Shown here piece after piece: positions 46,141 through 56,036 of a stretch of 64,000 nt of DNA. The stretch is from the NCBI GenBank assembly GCA_049643885.1, contig JBARQV010000055.1, positions 9,052-73,051 of the forward strand, read 5' to 3'. Positions within the stretch are counted from its first letter, which is position 1, and the number at the start of each line of letters is the position of its first letter. The notes beneath the pieces are model-generated. The model was given only the letters and a program-made list of their open reading frames with translations. It was not told the origin of the DNA and did no database searches. The position numbers were made by a program, and so were the translations under genes. The DNA is from Candidatus Omnitrophota bacterium. Its GTDB lineage: Bacteria > Omnitrophota > Gorgyraeia > Tantalellales > Tantalellaceae.

Positions 46141-46923
46141 TTATTTGTGAACGGTCACGGGAGTACCTTTTTTCCCGTTAAAAAATTTCTGGGCGTTATC
46201 GTTGCTGACAGAGATCTCCAGAAAACCGAAACTGCCGAAAATAGCCAAAGGTTTCCTCTGCTCAGTATCCTCATACGACCTGGATATGGTCTTTATCGTT
46301 TTATCTTCTATTTTAACTTTATACGGCCGGCCTTTCGCGAACCGCCTCATCGATAATTTACTTATATTGCTTACAAGGTTGCCGAACCTGTCTATGTAGA
46401 TCACTTCTCCTTTCAATACGTTCTTGTCCTCCTCAGGCTCATGGATATTCAGCTGTTCTATATAATCATTGCTTTCGCCGAAACTGTCCAGTTTCTTCCC
46501 TCCGGAGAGGTGGGCCGCCACAGGGGCGAATATGTCCCTGCCGTGAAAGGTATCCGAAACCGGTTTCCTGAAATATGCTTTATTTTCTGCTACTTTTATT
46601 TCCTTTATGCCGTCCTCCCTGACCGCCAGGCTTAAAACACCGTTATCCGGTCCCACGAAACAGTAATGTTCGGTCTGGACTATGACCGGCCTCCTTTCCG
46701 AACCCACGCCGGGATCGACCACGACCAGAAAAATGGTCCCTTCCGGAAAATATTTGAAAGAGCCTTTTAATAGAAACGCGGCTTCAAAAATGTCCTGTGG
46801 GTTCACATCGTGGGAAATATCGACCAACCTGACATCAGGATTTATCGAGAGGATCGCTCCTTTCATGACGCCCACAAAATTATCTTTTAGCCCAAAATCC
46901 GTCATTAAAGCTATAGTGCTCAT
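46141..46923 (-). CDS. SAM hydroxide adenosyltransferase (DUF62, fluorinase/chlorinase-like fold)
   Basis: MSTIALMTDFGLKDNFVGVMKGAILSINPDVRLVDISHDV, a DUF62-type N-terminus. Confidence 0.7.
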   Translation of the reverse strand: MSTIALMTDFGLKDNFVGVMKGAILSINPDVRLVDISHDVNPQDIFEAAFLLKGSFKYFPEGTIFLVVVDPGVGSERRPVIVQTEHYCFVGPDNGVLSLAVREDGIKEIKVAENKAYFRKPVSDTFHGRDIFAPVAAHLSGGKKLDSFGESNDYIEQLNIHEPEEDKNVLKGEVIYIDRFGNLVSNISKLSMRRFAKGRPYKVKIEDKTIKTISRSYEDTEQRKPLAIFGSFGFLEISVSNDNAQKFFNGKKGTPVTVHK

Positions 46924-47086
46924 TTTTCAAACTCCCCCAATCTTTTAAAAGCTTTCATTTTTTCACTCTGTCCTATTTTCGCTTTGGAGACCGCGCCCCT
47001 GAGGAACCGTATGGACGAGTCATAAACAGTTCGATTTACCGGATCTTCTCATAATCTCACACAAACTACCAACTACTAACTACTAA

Positions 47087-47518
47087 CTACATCTTCTTAT
47101 AAAGCCCTACCACCTCAGCCTTATCGACTACGTGGCCTTCCATGGCTTTTTCAAGGTCTTTCTTGCTTATGCCTTCTTTCAGGCCAAGTTCCCTGTCCAG
47201 CGCGTACACCTTGAAAAAGTAACGGTGAGTCCCCGAAGGCGGACAAGGGCCGCCATAATCTTTTCTGCCGAAATCGTTCCTTCCCTGTTTCCCCGGGACC
47301 GTATCTTCTTCGACCCTGGAGATAATAGGCATGTCATAGACCACCCAGTGGACCCATGTTCCCATGGGGGCATCCGGGTCATCAACTACCAGTGCCAGGC
47401 TTTTAGCTTCCACCGGAATATCGTCGATCATGAGCGCGGGATTCACGTCATCCCCCTGACACGTAAACTTAGAAGGGATCATCTCGTTATTTCCGAATTC
47501 AGGGCTTGCGATCCGCAT
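47087..47518 (-). CDS. YbhB/YbcL-family PEBP (Raf-kinase-inhibitor-like) protein
   Basis: DDPDAP...HWVVYDMP...GGPCPPSGTHRYFFKVYALD. Confidence 0.8.
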   Translation of the reverse strand: MRIASPEFGNNEMIPSKFTCQGDDVNPALMIDDIPVEAKSLALVVDDPDAPMGTWVHWVVYDMPIISRVEEDTVPGKQGRNDFGRKDYGGPCPPSGTHRYFFKVYALDRELGLKEGISKKDLEKAMEGHVVDKAEVVGLYKKM

Positions 47519-47538
47519 AACACACCTCCTCTTTACGC

Positions 47539-49671
47539 CTAGAACGGACACTTCCGGAAAACGCATCCTCCGGAGTATTCCGACCCGGCAGTCATTATCT
47601 CTTCAGCGTTCGAGGGTTTTCTTTTTTCCCTGTGATCAAAGGACAATACCTGCCCGTCCTTGCTCCCGTACCTGTAAACGGTTATCCCTTTGCATTTAAG
47701 CCCGTGTGCCATCATGTAAATCTTTCTTACGTCCTCTATCGTGGCATCTTCCGGAAGATTTATTGTTTTGGAGACAGAGTTATCGGTATATTTCTGGAAT
47801 GCCGCCTGGACTTTTAAATGATCATCGGGTGTTATATCGAATGCCGTGGTGAATATTCTTTTCAGATCATCCGGAACTCCTTTAACATCCTTCAATGATC
47901 CGCTTCTCGCGATATCGGAAACGGTTTTTTTGTTATATATCTTCCTTTTTCTGGCCGCTTCTTCAAACAGAGGATTGATCTCAAAAAGCCGGGAGCCGGA
48001 AAGAACGTTCCTGACAAAACTGACCGCGAATAAAGGCTCGATCCCGGAAGAACACCCAGCGATAATACTTATCGAACCCGTCGGGGCTATGGTATTGACC
48101 GTCGCGTGCCTGATCTTCAGTTTCTTCTTGGAATAAATGCTTTTCCTGTAATTGGGGAACGTTCCTCTTTCTTTCGCGAGGATCGACGAGGCCTTCAGTG
48201 ATTCCTTGTGGATGAACTTCATGAGTCCTTCCGCCAGGCCGACAGCCTTTCTTGAGTTGTAAGGAACGCCCATTTTTATCAGCATATCCGCGAACCCCAT
48301 GACGCCCAGCCCGATCTTCCTGTTGGCAAAAGTTATCTTTTTTATTTCCGGCATGGGAAACTTGTTAACCTCGATAACATCGTCCAGGAACCGGATGCCC
48401 CATTTAACGCTTTCCCCGAGCTTTGACCAGTCCGGAGCGTTTCCTTTGACCATTTTGGCCAGATTTATGGAAGCCAGATTACAGCTTTCATACGGCAAAA
48501 GCGGAAGTTCGCCGCAAGGGTTCGTAGCCTCTATCCTGCCGACTTCGGGGGTCGGGTTTTTCCTGTTTATCTCGTCAAGGAACACCAGGCCCGGGTCCCC
48601 CGTCCGCCAGGCCGTGTTCACGATAAGATCGAAAACAGCCCTAGCCTTTATCTTTCTGACCCTTTTACCGGTCCGCGGGTTCACGAGAGCGAACTCCCCG
48701 TTCTTTTTCACCGCTTCCATGAACTTATCCGTAACGCCCACGGATATATTGAAATTCGAGAACTTCCCCTTATCTATCTTTGACCCGATGAATTCGACAA
48801 TATCCGGATGGTCACAGCGCAGTATCCCCATGTTCGCACCGCGCCTTCTGCCGCCCTGGACAATAACACCCGTGGCCTGATCGAATATGCTCATGAAGGA
48901 GACCGGGCCCGAAGCTTCTCCTTTTGTAGACGTGACAAGATCGCCTTTCGGCCTCAAACCGGAGAAACTGAAACCGGTCCCACCGCCGGTCTGATGGATC
49001 CTGGCCATATCCTTCAAAGCCTCGAATATCCCGTCCATTGAATCTTCAACCGGTATGACAAAACAGGCCGAAAGCTGCCCCAGCGATGTCCCGGCATTCA
49101 TAAGGGTCGGGGAATTCGGCAGGAACTCCAGGTTTCTCATCATGTGATAGAAATTTTCCTCTATCTCTTTTATGTTCTTCTTTGTTTTGAAATTCTTTTC
49201 CCCCTGGGCGACAGCGGAAGCCACCCTCCTGAAAAGTTCGCTCGGGGTCTCGACTATATTCCTTTCATCGTCTTTCTTGAGATATCTCCTCCTCAAGACC
49301 TCAACGGTATTCACCGGCAGCTTTAGATCATCTTTCAGACCTAAAGCCGATTTTGCCAAACGTAGCTCTTTTCGCCTTTCGCGGTATAAAATATAACTCT
49401 TGGCTATGTGGCTGTATCCCTCGCTCATCAAGGACATCTCGACAATGTCCTGGATAGATTCGATGCCTGGTATTTTGTCTTTGTACAGCGAAACAAGTTT
49501 TTCGACTACAATATCGGTTACTGCTGTCGATATATTACGGGCTTTTGTTCTGTTCTGCAGGACTTCAAACGCGGCCCCCTCTATCGCCTGCTGGATCTCT
49601 TTTTTATTGAACCTGACAACTGTCCCGTCTCTTTTCTTTACTTTTTTGAGAAATGTTTTTTTCGGCATCAC
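47539..49671 (-). CDS. nrdJ: Class II (adenosylcobalamin-dependent) ribonucleotide reductase with N-terminal ATP-cone
   Basis: ATNPCGELPLLPYESCNLASINL and an N-terminal ATP-cone (KRDGTVVRFNKKEIQQAI). Confidence 0.85.
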   Translation of the reverse strand: MMPKKTFLKKVKKRDGTVVRFNKKEIQQAIEGAAFEVLQNRTKARNISTAVTDIVVEKLVSLYKDKIPGIESIQDIVEMSLMSEGYSHIAKSYILYRERRKELRLAKSALGLKDDLKLPVNTVEVLRRRYLKKDDERNIVETPSELFRRVASAVAQGEKNFKTKKNIKEIEENFYHMMRNLEFLPNSPTLMNAGTSLGQLSACFVIPVEDSMDGIFEALKDMARIHQTGGGTGFSFSGLRPKGDLVTSTKGEASGPVSFMSIFDQATGVIVQGGRRRGANMGILRCDHPDIVEFIGSKIDKGKFSNFNISVGVTDKFMEAVKKNGEFALVNPRTGKRVRKIKARAVFDLIVNTAWRTGDPGLVFLDEINRKNPTPEVGRIEATNPCGELPLLPYESCNLASINLAKMVKGNAPDWSKLGESVKWGIRFLDDVIEVNKFPMPEIKKITFANRKIGLGVMGFADMLIKMGVPYNSRKAVGLAEGLMKFIHKESLKASSILAKERGTFPNYRKSIYSKKKLKIRHATVNTIAPTGSISIIAGCSSGIEPLFAVSFVRNVLSGSRLFEINPLFEEAARKRKIYNKKTVSDIARSGSLKDVKGVPDDLKRIFTTAFDITPDDHLKVQAAFQKYTDNSVSKTINLPEDATIEDVRKIYMMAHGLKCKGITVYRYGSKDGQVLSFDHREKRKPSNAEEIMTAGSEYSGGCVFRKCPF

Positions 49672-49672
49672 T

Positions 49673-50266
49673 TTACCCCGCCTTTACTATCTTCGAATAA
49701 GTCACTTTCCTCGCGCCTCGCCTGACCATAAGGGCCGCTGACTTTTCGGAGTCCTTCGGTTTAACATTTACTCCTTTTATCGCGTCCGTAAGCAGCTTGA
49801 CGCTGAACCCTGATCTCAAAGCGTCCAGAACAGACCACTTCACGCAATAATCCGTGGCCAGGCCGCCTATATATAGTTCCTCTATACCAAGTTTTTTCAG
49901 TAGATCCAGGAACGGCTTTTTGCCCCGGCTGGCGGCGTGAAAAGCGGAATAACTGTCCCTGCCGGGATCCATCCCTTTGGATATGATGATCACGTTTTTC
50001 GGCAACTTTAAAGCGGGACGGAACCTGGCTCCTTTGGTCCTTTGGACGCAATGCGACGGCCATTTCCCGCCGTATTTTTTGAAATGTTTTGTCGTCCGGG
50101 GATGCCAATCCCTGGAAGCGAAAACGGGAAGCTTTTTCTTTGAGAAGATCTTAATATATTTGTTCAAAACAGGGACTGTCTTATCCCCGTCGGTGACCGG
50201 CAGGGCGCCGCCCGGACAAAAATCATTCTGGACGTCGACTACGAGAAGGGCTTTATTTTTTTTCAT
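49673..50266 (-). CDS. pncA: Isochorismatase-family nicotinamidase/pyrazinamidase
   Basis: KALLVVDVQNDFCPGGALPV. The ORF-track start at 50380 is an extension. Confidence 0.75.
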   Translation of the reverse strand: MKKNKALLVVDVQNDFCPGGALPVTDGDKTVPVLNKYIKIFSKKKLPVFASRDWHPRTTKHFKKYGGKWPSHCVQRTKGARFRPALKLPKNVIIISKGMDPGRDSYSAFHAASRGKKPFLDLLKKLGIEELYIGGLATDYCVKWSVLDALRSGFSVKLLTDAIKGVNVKPKDSEKSAALMVRRGARKVTYSKIVKAG

Positions 50267-50295
50267 AGTTCGATATAGAACTTGGATCTTGGAAA

Positions 50296-50778
50296 TTAGA
50301 GCTTGGAGTTTAAGCCCAACTGACCAAGAATACTTTTTACGAATCCCTCGGCACCTTCTTCGCCTTCGCGTGGAGCCCACCCGGCAAACGTCTTATCGAC
50401 TTCTTTATCGTAAGGCCCGTCTTTTATCTCGTATAGGACCGAGACTTCGTCAAGCGGTATCAAGTTATGCCAGGTTCTTGGCCCGAGTTCGACCCCGAAA
50501 CTTCCTTCTTTTGGGTCCAAAACAATATGATCAGTTATATTCCCGCTATCGTCATATTCTACCATGACAACCCTTCCTTCAAGAATAATAAACACTTCAC
50601 GCTTATCGGGATCTTCATGCTTATGGGGCGGGAAATACGCGGACCGTTCCATGACGTTGATCATCCTGTTGATCGGATCGCTGTTGTCCTCATGAAAATT
50701 GTAATTGCACCTTTTTCTTTCAGCCTTCCCGGCTTTAGCGGCGATCTCTGTAAACAGTTTTTCCGTTATTTTGATCAT
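50296..50778 (-). CDS. Cupin-fold protein (WbuC-like)
   Basis: HKHEDPDKREVFIILEG, a cupin metal motif. Confidence 0.5.
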   Translation of the reverse strand: MIKITEKLFTEIAAKAGKAERKRCNYNFHEDNSDPINRMINVMERSAYFPPHKHEDPDKREVFIILEGRVVMVEYDDSGNITDHIVLDPKEGSFGVELGPRTWHNLIPLDEVSVLYEIKDGPYDKEVDKTFAGWAPREGEEGAEGFVKSILGQLGLNSKL

Positions 50779-50781
50779 TTT

Positions 50782-51771
50782 TTAAAACCTGATAAACTTC
50801 CCTTTTTTGAGTTTTTTCGCTTTATTGTAGATAATAACGGCTACCGCTATATCCTGGACCGCGAGCCCTGTCGAATCGAATATGGTAATTTCTCCTTTTC
50901 TAGTCCTGCCTTTTTTCTTTTTTGCGGCTATCTCTCCTATGCTCGCATATACATTTTTCTTTGACAACTGTTTTTTGGCCAAAGGGACATTGATCTCACC
51001 CGAATGGCTGGCCTGTTCCCAGGCGTCAACGACTATCTTCCCCTTTTTCAATATATTCACGTCCAGCTCCTGTTTTCCCCTGGCGTCCGCCCCTATCGCG
51101 TTTATATGCGCTCCTTTCTTAAGCCATTCCAGTTTTAAAAGCGGTCGGCGGGAGGGCGTTGTGGTAACAATTATGTCGCTATCCTTTACACAGGACTCTA
51201 TAGTCGCGCAAGATCTCATTTTAAGCTTTTCGCCTTCCCCTGCCTCTTTAATGAATTTCCTTACTTCATTTTGTTTAAGGCCCCAGACGTTCACCTCTTT
51301 TATTTTGAAAATCTCCTTTAAGGCCGCGAGCTGTGTCTGCGCCTGGACGCCGCAACCGACCAGGGCTACTACCCGGGAATCTTTCCTGGCAAGATATTTA
51401 GCCGCCACACCTCCGGCCGCACCGGTCCTTAAGGCCGTGATATGTGTCGCGTCCATCACGCAAAGCGGAAATCCGGTAGCAGGATCGTTCAAGATCATCA
51501 AGGCCATGACCGTTGGCAATCCTTTTTTCCTGTTCTCCGGATGCACATTCACCCATTTTATACCGGCAGCTTTAAATCCTTCCACGTACGCGGGCATCGC
51601 CCGGAAATCCCCCCTGTATTTATCAAGGTTGATGTATACCTTGGGCGGCATCTGCGTTTTTCCTTCCCCGAAAAAGCGAAAACTTTTTTCGACCGCTTTT
51701 AACGCCTCTTTCATGGTAACGATCTTCCGGACTGTTTTACCGTCCAAGATCAAAGTCCCGCGTCTTGTCAT
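50782..51771 (-). CDS. Ornithine cyclodeaminase/mu-crystallin-family dehydrogenase
   Basis: A Rossmann motif (VALVGCGVQAQ) within the ornithine cyclodeaminase (OCD)-family architecture. Confidence 0.7.
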   Translation of the reverse strand: MTRRGTLILDGKTVRKIVTMKEALKAVEKSFRFFGEGKTQMPPKVYINLDKYRGDFRAMPAYVEGFKAAGIKWVNVHPENRKKGLPTVMALMILNDPATGFPLCVMDATHITALRTGAAGGVAAKYLARKDSRVVALVGCGVQAQTQLAALKEIFKIKEVNVWGLKQNEVRKFIKEAGEGEKLKMRSCATIESCVKDSDIIVTTTPSRRPLLKLEWLKKGAHINAIGADARGKQELDVNILKKGKIVVDAWEQASHSGEINVPLAKKQLSKKNVYASIGEIAAKKKKGRTRKGEITIFDSTGLAVQDIAVAVIIYNKAKKLKKGKFIRF

Positions 51772-51890
51772 ATCCTCTCCTTTTTGTATTCTTTTATGCT
51801 CATTATAATTGCTATTGTTTTCTTACTTATTCTAGTTTAGAGAGAAGCTGGTTGCAAATTAAATAATGTAAAAAGCCAGGGAAGGAACAA

Positions 51891-52892
51891 CTAAACGGTT
51901 AATTCTTGAGAGGAGACAAATTCTTCTATAAGACCGGTCATCTCAGGTTTATTGCAGGCTTGAGAAACATTAATTCTTAGGGGTTTGGTTTTTGAAAACC
52001 CACGAGTGTACCAGATATAAAATTTGCGAAAATGCACAGCACCTGTCTTTTCGCCATAGAAATCCAGACATAGATCCAGGTGACGTTTCATCATCTGCGC
52101 AACTTCCTTTACAGCCGGTCTGGATACGACTTTTCCTGTGGCTAAAAATTTGTCAATTTCATTGAATATCCAGGGATTACCCAAAGCTCCACGGGCTATT
52201 GTAATTGCATCGCAACCGGTTTCATCAAACATTTTTTTAGCCATTTGAGCCGACCAGATATCACCGCTGGCAATAACCGGAATACTAAGGGCGTCTTTTA
52301 CTTTTTTTATTGCCGCGTAGTTGACTGGACTTTGATATCCCTGTGCCATGGTCCTGCCGTGCACGCAAACAGCCTTAACGCCGGCGTCTTGAACATATTT
52401 TGCGATATCGACAATATTTTTTTCGTTGTCCCAGCCAAGCCGTAATTTAGTAGTTACCGGAACGGTTACTTCTTTAACGATAAAGGCCAATAGTTTTTGC
52501 AATTCTTTGGGGCATTTAAGGAGGGCTGCTCCTTTGCCATGACTGGTTATTTTTTTCTGAGGACAAGCAGCATTAAAATCTAAGATATCATAAGAGTAGT
52601 CTTTTAATTTTTCTAATGCTTTTGATATGTAGTAAGTATCGTTTCCTAAGAGCTGTACGCCTAAGGGACGGTCATGTTTATTGGTAAGCATCATCTGAAG
52701 GGTTTTTTTAGTTGAATAGCTTAAAGAGCGCGCGTTCACCATTTCCAGGAAAGCAAATTTGCAGCCAGCGTTTCTATTAAGCGTGCGAAAGGGTAAAGAA
52801 CTTATCCCCGATAAAGGTGCAAGAATTACGCGGGGAAACAGGCTGTGCATCAAAAATCTCCTTTTCCTTTCAATTATATCATCCAACTTCAA
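51891..52892 (-). CDS. dus: tRNA-dihydrouridine synthase
   Basis: A TIM-barrel Dus pattern (ILAPLSGISSLPFR...NAACP...VTTKLRLGWD). Confidence 0.8.
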   Translation of the reverse strand: MKLDDIIERKRRFLMHSLFPRVILAPLSGISSLPFRTLNRNAGCKFAFLEMVNARSLSYSTKKTLQMMLTNKHDRPLGVQLLGNDTYYISKALEKLKDYSYDILDFNAACPQKKITSHGKGAALLKCPKELQKLLAFIVKEVTVPVTTKLRLGWDNEKNIVDIAKYVQDAGVKAVCVHGRTMAQGYQSPVNYAAIKKVKDALSIPVIASGDIWSAQMAKKMFDETGCDAITIARGALGNPWIFNEIDKFLATGKVVSRPAVKEVAQMMKRHLDLCLDFYGEKTGAVHFRKFYIWYTRGFSKTKPLRINVSQACNKPEMTGLIEEFVSSQELTV

Positions 52893-53090
52893 ATAGGTTA
52901 TTTTATTATCTTGGTTAGCATTTGTGTAATTAAGCCTGCTACGGGAGGAAAGAAGAATACACTAATAATGCGTATAAGCGTGAACCGCCACCCCATTATC
53001 CCCATTTCCATAGGTAATTTGAATTTTTCCTATTTTTGTTCATTTTTATATCTTTCTCGATTATTGTGACCTCTATTTTACAATAAACAA

Positions 53091-53124
53091 AAGCCCTCTG
53101 CATCATTTTTTGATGAGAGGGCTT
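53091..53124 (-). terminator. Hairpin plus T-run (minus strand), candidate terminator
   Basis: AGCCCTCTGCATCA-TTTTT-TGATGAGAGGGCT, followed on the minus strand by TTTTGTTTATTG. Confidence 0.4.
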
Positions 53125-53132
53125 AGAATATA

Positions 53133-53148
53133 TGGCTCCCCGGGTTGG
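53133..53148 (-). repeat. 16-nt direct duplicate of the tRNA-Asn 3' end (CCAACCCGGGGAGCCA)
   Basis: An exact copy of tRNA positions about 61-76 lies 127 nt downstream of the gene. It resembles an att-site remnant. Confidence 0.5.
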
Positions 53149-53235
53149 CGCCGGCTTCGCCGGCATTCCTTCAGCACTTCGTGCTTCAGTCACTCCCTCA
53201 GCGGTTTCACCGCTAACTTCGCCTCACGGCGGCCA

Positions 53236-53275
53236 ATATTAAAAAGGCCCACTTTTAGTGGCCCTTTTTAATATT
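53236..53275 (-). terminator. Palindromic terminator immediately 3' of tRNA-Asn
   Basis: AATATTAAAAAGGCCCAC-TTTTA-GTGGCCCTTTTTAATATT, with an 18-bp arm and 1 mismatch. Confidence 0.5.
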
Positions 53276-53351
53276 GGCTCCCCGGGTTGGACTCGAACCA
53301 ACAACCTACTGGTTAACAGCCAGTCGCTACTACCATTGAGCTACCGGGGAG
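53276..53351 (-). tRNA. tRNA-Asn (anticodon GUU)
   Basis: Manual cloverleaf: acceptor TCCCCGG/CCGGGGA, discriminator G, CCA. The anticodon stem is ACTGG/CCAGT with loop CUGUUAA. The T-arm is GTTGG-TTCGAGT-CCAAC. Confidence 0.85.
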
Positions 53352-53424
53352 CGTATAAAAAAGAGCAATACTGTGTTTAAATTATAGGAGAAACGTATAC
53401 CGTTGTCAATTGCAAAGGCCCTCC

Positions 53425-53433
53425 TGATATAAT
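53425..53433 (+). promoter_or_regulatory. Candidate extended -10 promoter (TGaTATAAT) upstream of dinB
   Basis: A TGnTATAAT element about 95 nt upstream of the dinB TTG start, with a possible TTGTCA -35 element 19 nt upstream. Confidence 0.3.
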
Positions 53434-53526
53434 ATACTGGAATGAACATCCGGGCAAAAACAATAAAATCAAAGGACCCCATTTACAAATTTTATTGTTT
53501 TTGCAGAAATATAAAGGAGTACCGCT

Positions 53527-54714
53527 TTGACAGCTAAAAATTTAAACATTACAAGATACATAGTCCACGTGGACATGGACGCCTTTTTCGCCTCTGTCGA
53601 ACAGAGGGATAATCCCTCTTACCTGGGCAAGCCCGTCATCGTGGGGGCGGATCCAAAGCACGGAAAAGGCCGGGGTGTAGTATCCACCTGCTCATACGAA
53701 GCTCGTAAATTCGGGATCCATTCGGGCATGCCTATTTCTACTGCTTACAGGAAATGTCCACGCGGTATATTTCTTCCCGTTAACATGGCAAAATACGCCC
53801 GCGAATCCCACAATATCTTCGATATCCTGGAAAGATTCACCCCGGACATAGAACCGGTAAGCGTGGACGAAGCGTTCCTTGATATTACCGGAAGTTACCG
53901 TCTTTTCGGATCTCCGACCGGGACCTGCCGTAAGATAAAGGAGACTATAAAAAAAGAAACCGGTCTTACAGCTTCCATCGGCTTGGCCTCCAATAAAATG
54001 ACCGCGAAAATAGCTTCCGACATCGGCAAGCCTGACGGTCTGGTGGAAGTGAACGAAGAACGGCTCCTGGATTTCCTCCACCCTCTTCCCGTCGATACAT
54101 TATGGGGTGTCGGCGAAAAGACCAAAAAGGAGCTCGTAAAGATAGGCATAAGGACCATAGGAGACCTTGCCAGGCGGGATGTGGATGAACTTGCCGGCAT
54201 CTTCGGAAAAAACGGGGAACACGCGTGGGAGCTTGCTAACGGTATCGACCCGCGCGAAGTCGAACCGAGTTATGAAATAAAATCAGTAAGCAACGAACAT
54301 ACCTTTGAGCAGGACACAAGAAATCTTGAAAAGATCAAAGACGCGCTTATGAATTTAAGCGAAAGCGTTTCCATGCGCCTGCGTAAGGCCGGGCTCAAGG
54401 GAAAAACCGTTACACTGAAAATACGTTTCAGCGACTTCAGTACATATACCAGATCAAAAACTATTGAACATCCAACTAACTTTATCGATGATATCTATAA
54501 AAATTGTATCAGCCACCTTGAAAAGTTCGACCTTCACAAAAAATCGGTGAGATTGGTCGGCGTGAGGGCATCGAACCTTTCGGAAGGTTCATGGCGATCC
54601 GACCTTCTGGACGAAAATTCCGAAGAAACGATCAAAAAAGAAAGATTGCACAAAGCACTGGGCCGGATAATAGACAGGTTCGGCGAAGGAGCTATTGGAC
54701 ACCGGGACGCTTGA
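53527..54714 (+). CDS. dinB: DNA polymerase IV (Y-family translesion polymerase)
   Basis: YIVHVDMDAFFASVEQRDNP and the SIDEAFLDIT catalytic motifs. It has a TTG start with an AAGGAG ribosome-binding site. Confidence 0.9.
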   Translation: MTAKNLNITRYIVHVDMDAFFASVEQRDNPSYLGKPVIVGADPKHGKGRGVVSTCSYEARKFGIHSGMPISTAYRKCPRGIFLPVNMAKYARESHNIFDILERFTPDIEPVSVDEAFLDITGSYRLFGSPTGTCRKIKETIKKETGLTASIGLASNKMTAKIASDIGKPDGLVEVNEERLLDFLHPLPVDTLWGVGEKTKKELVKIGIRTIGDLARRDVDELAGIFGKNGEHAWELANGIDPREVEPSYEIKSVSNEHTFEQDTRNLEKIKDALMNLSESVSMRLRKAGLKGKTVTLKIRFSDFSTYTRSKTIEHPTNFIDDIYKNCISHLEKFDLHKKSVRLVGVRASNLSEGSWRSDLLDENSEETIKKERLHKALGRIIDRFGEGAIGHRDA

Positions 54715-55269
54715 TCACGCAGAGTACAGCATCTGCTTCCCTACCATGTCCGCAGTTTCTTTTCCTGCAAGGTTTTCCGCGATCTTTAAGCTGAAATCAA
54801 ACGCTGTGCCCGGTCCCCGGCTGGTGATCACGTTGCCGTCCTGCACGACCTTCTCTTTGGCGCATTTGACCTTGGCGGAAAAATTCTCATCCATGCCCGG
54901 GTAACACGTCGCTTTTTTCCCGTCAAGGACCCCAAGCGGGGCAAGAACGAGAGCCGGAGAAGCGCAAATCGCCGCGATAAGTTTCTTGCCTGAATCCATG
55001 GCCAGGATCATATCCTTGACTTTTGACGACCTGGCGAGATTCTCGGCGCCCGGCATCCCCCCGGGAAAGATCACAGCATCCGGAAGAGTCTTGATCTTTT
55101 CAAGAACCGTATCAGTCTTGAACATCATGCCATGAGCGCCTGTCACGGTATCATCTTCCAGCCCGGCAACAATGACGTCTATACCTGCCCGGCGAAGGAC
55201 ATCTATTGGAGTGGCGGCTTCTACTTCCTCAAAACCATTTGCAAGGACGACTATAGCTTTTTTCTTCAT
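54715..55269 (-). CDS. DJ-1/PfpI (ThiJ) family protein
   Basis: KAIVVLANGFEEVEA...AICASPALVL, a nucleophile-elbow Cys. Confidence 0.8.
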   Translation of the reverse strand: MKKKAIVVLANGFEEVEAATPIDVLRRAGIDVIVAGLEDDTVTGAHGMMFKTDTVLEKIKTLPDAVIFPGGMPGAENLARSSKVKDMILAMDSGKKLIAAICASPALVLAPLGVLDGKKATCYPGMDENFSAKVKCAKEKVVQDGNVITSRGPGTAFDFSLKIAENLAGKETADMVGKQMLYSA

Positions 55270-56036
55270 TCTCTTTCCTCCTCTTCCGCGAATCCTACCG
55301 AATAACGGATCACCTTGTCCATCCCATCCGAGTAAGCCTTTTTTTCGCCTGGGATGAGCTCCTCTCCCAGGGGTTTTTTCAAAGGAAGGTCGCTGACGAA
55401 AAGCAGTCCCGCGGCCTTGCGCCCTATCGCCCTTGCGGCGCTGTAAACCGCTGACAGCTCAAGATCTATGCCGATAAATCCCTTACCTTCGATCTGCATC
55501 AGGTTTTCGCGGTTTTCCGCAAGAAGCGACCCGATGGTGAATATGCTTCCGGAGTTTAAGTTGATCTCTTCATCGCCCCTCCCCAGCACAAATTCTTTCA
55601 TCTTTCCGACATATTCGTCATCGGCATAAGACATCTGCCCGGTGTCAAAAACGGTATCCATGCCGGAGTTCTGGATATGATACTGCGAAAACCCTTCACC
55701 GCTGAACGCGCTCTCGCACAGGACAAGGTCCCCTATCTCACGATCTTTAAGCCCCCCGCAAGTGCCGATAAAAATTATCTTCGATGCCGGGGTCTCTTTC
55801 ATAAGAAGAACAGCGTCACCCATGAGACGGTCCCCGATGCCGCACCTTACCACCGTGACATATTTCCCATCCCTGTAAAGCGTGCCGCCCGAATAGACCT
55901 TCCCCTTGAACGTTGAAGCTATATCCGAGAACTTATCGAACGAATCCAGGTAAAAGAACGGTGTCACTATCACCGTTCCCGATATATGCGACTCGGGACA
56001 TCCAAAGCAATATTTAAAAAATTTCTCGTTACTCAC
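55266..56036 (-). CDS. PNP_UDP_1-family nucleoside phosphorylase/nucleosidase-like protein
   Basis: VVRCGIGDRLMGDAVLLMK...IFIGTCGGL resembles MTA/SAH nucleosidase and futalosine hydrolase. Confidence 0.55.
   Translation of the reverse strand: MSNEKFFKYCFGCPESHISGTVIVTPFFYLDSFDKFSDIASTFKGKVYSGGTLYRDGKYVTVVRCGIGDRLMGDAVLLMKETPASKIIFIGTCGGLKDREIGDLVLCESAFSGEGFSQYHIQNSGMDTVFDTGQMSYADDEYVGKMKEFVLGRGDEEINLNSGSIFTIGSLLAENRENLMQIEGKGFIGIDLELSAVYSAARAIGRKAAGLLFVSDLPLKKPLGEELIPGEKKAYSDGMDKVIRYSVGFAEEEERE

Noticed and set aside
50882-51808. A 308-aa plus-strand ORF
   Set aside because: It is antisense to the ornithine cyclodeaminase-family gene and its composition is Ser/Phe/Leu-rich and repetitive. 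It is spurious.
53352-53526. A LexA/SOS box upstream of dinB (CTGT-N8-ACAG or GAAC-N4-GTTC)
   Set aside because: Only weak partial matches were seen (ACTGTGTTTAAATTATAG and a CAATTG-centred near-palindrome). This is not convincing without a phylum-specific LexA motif.
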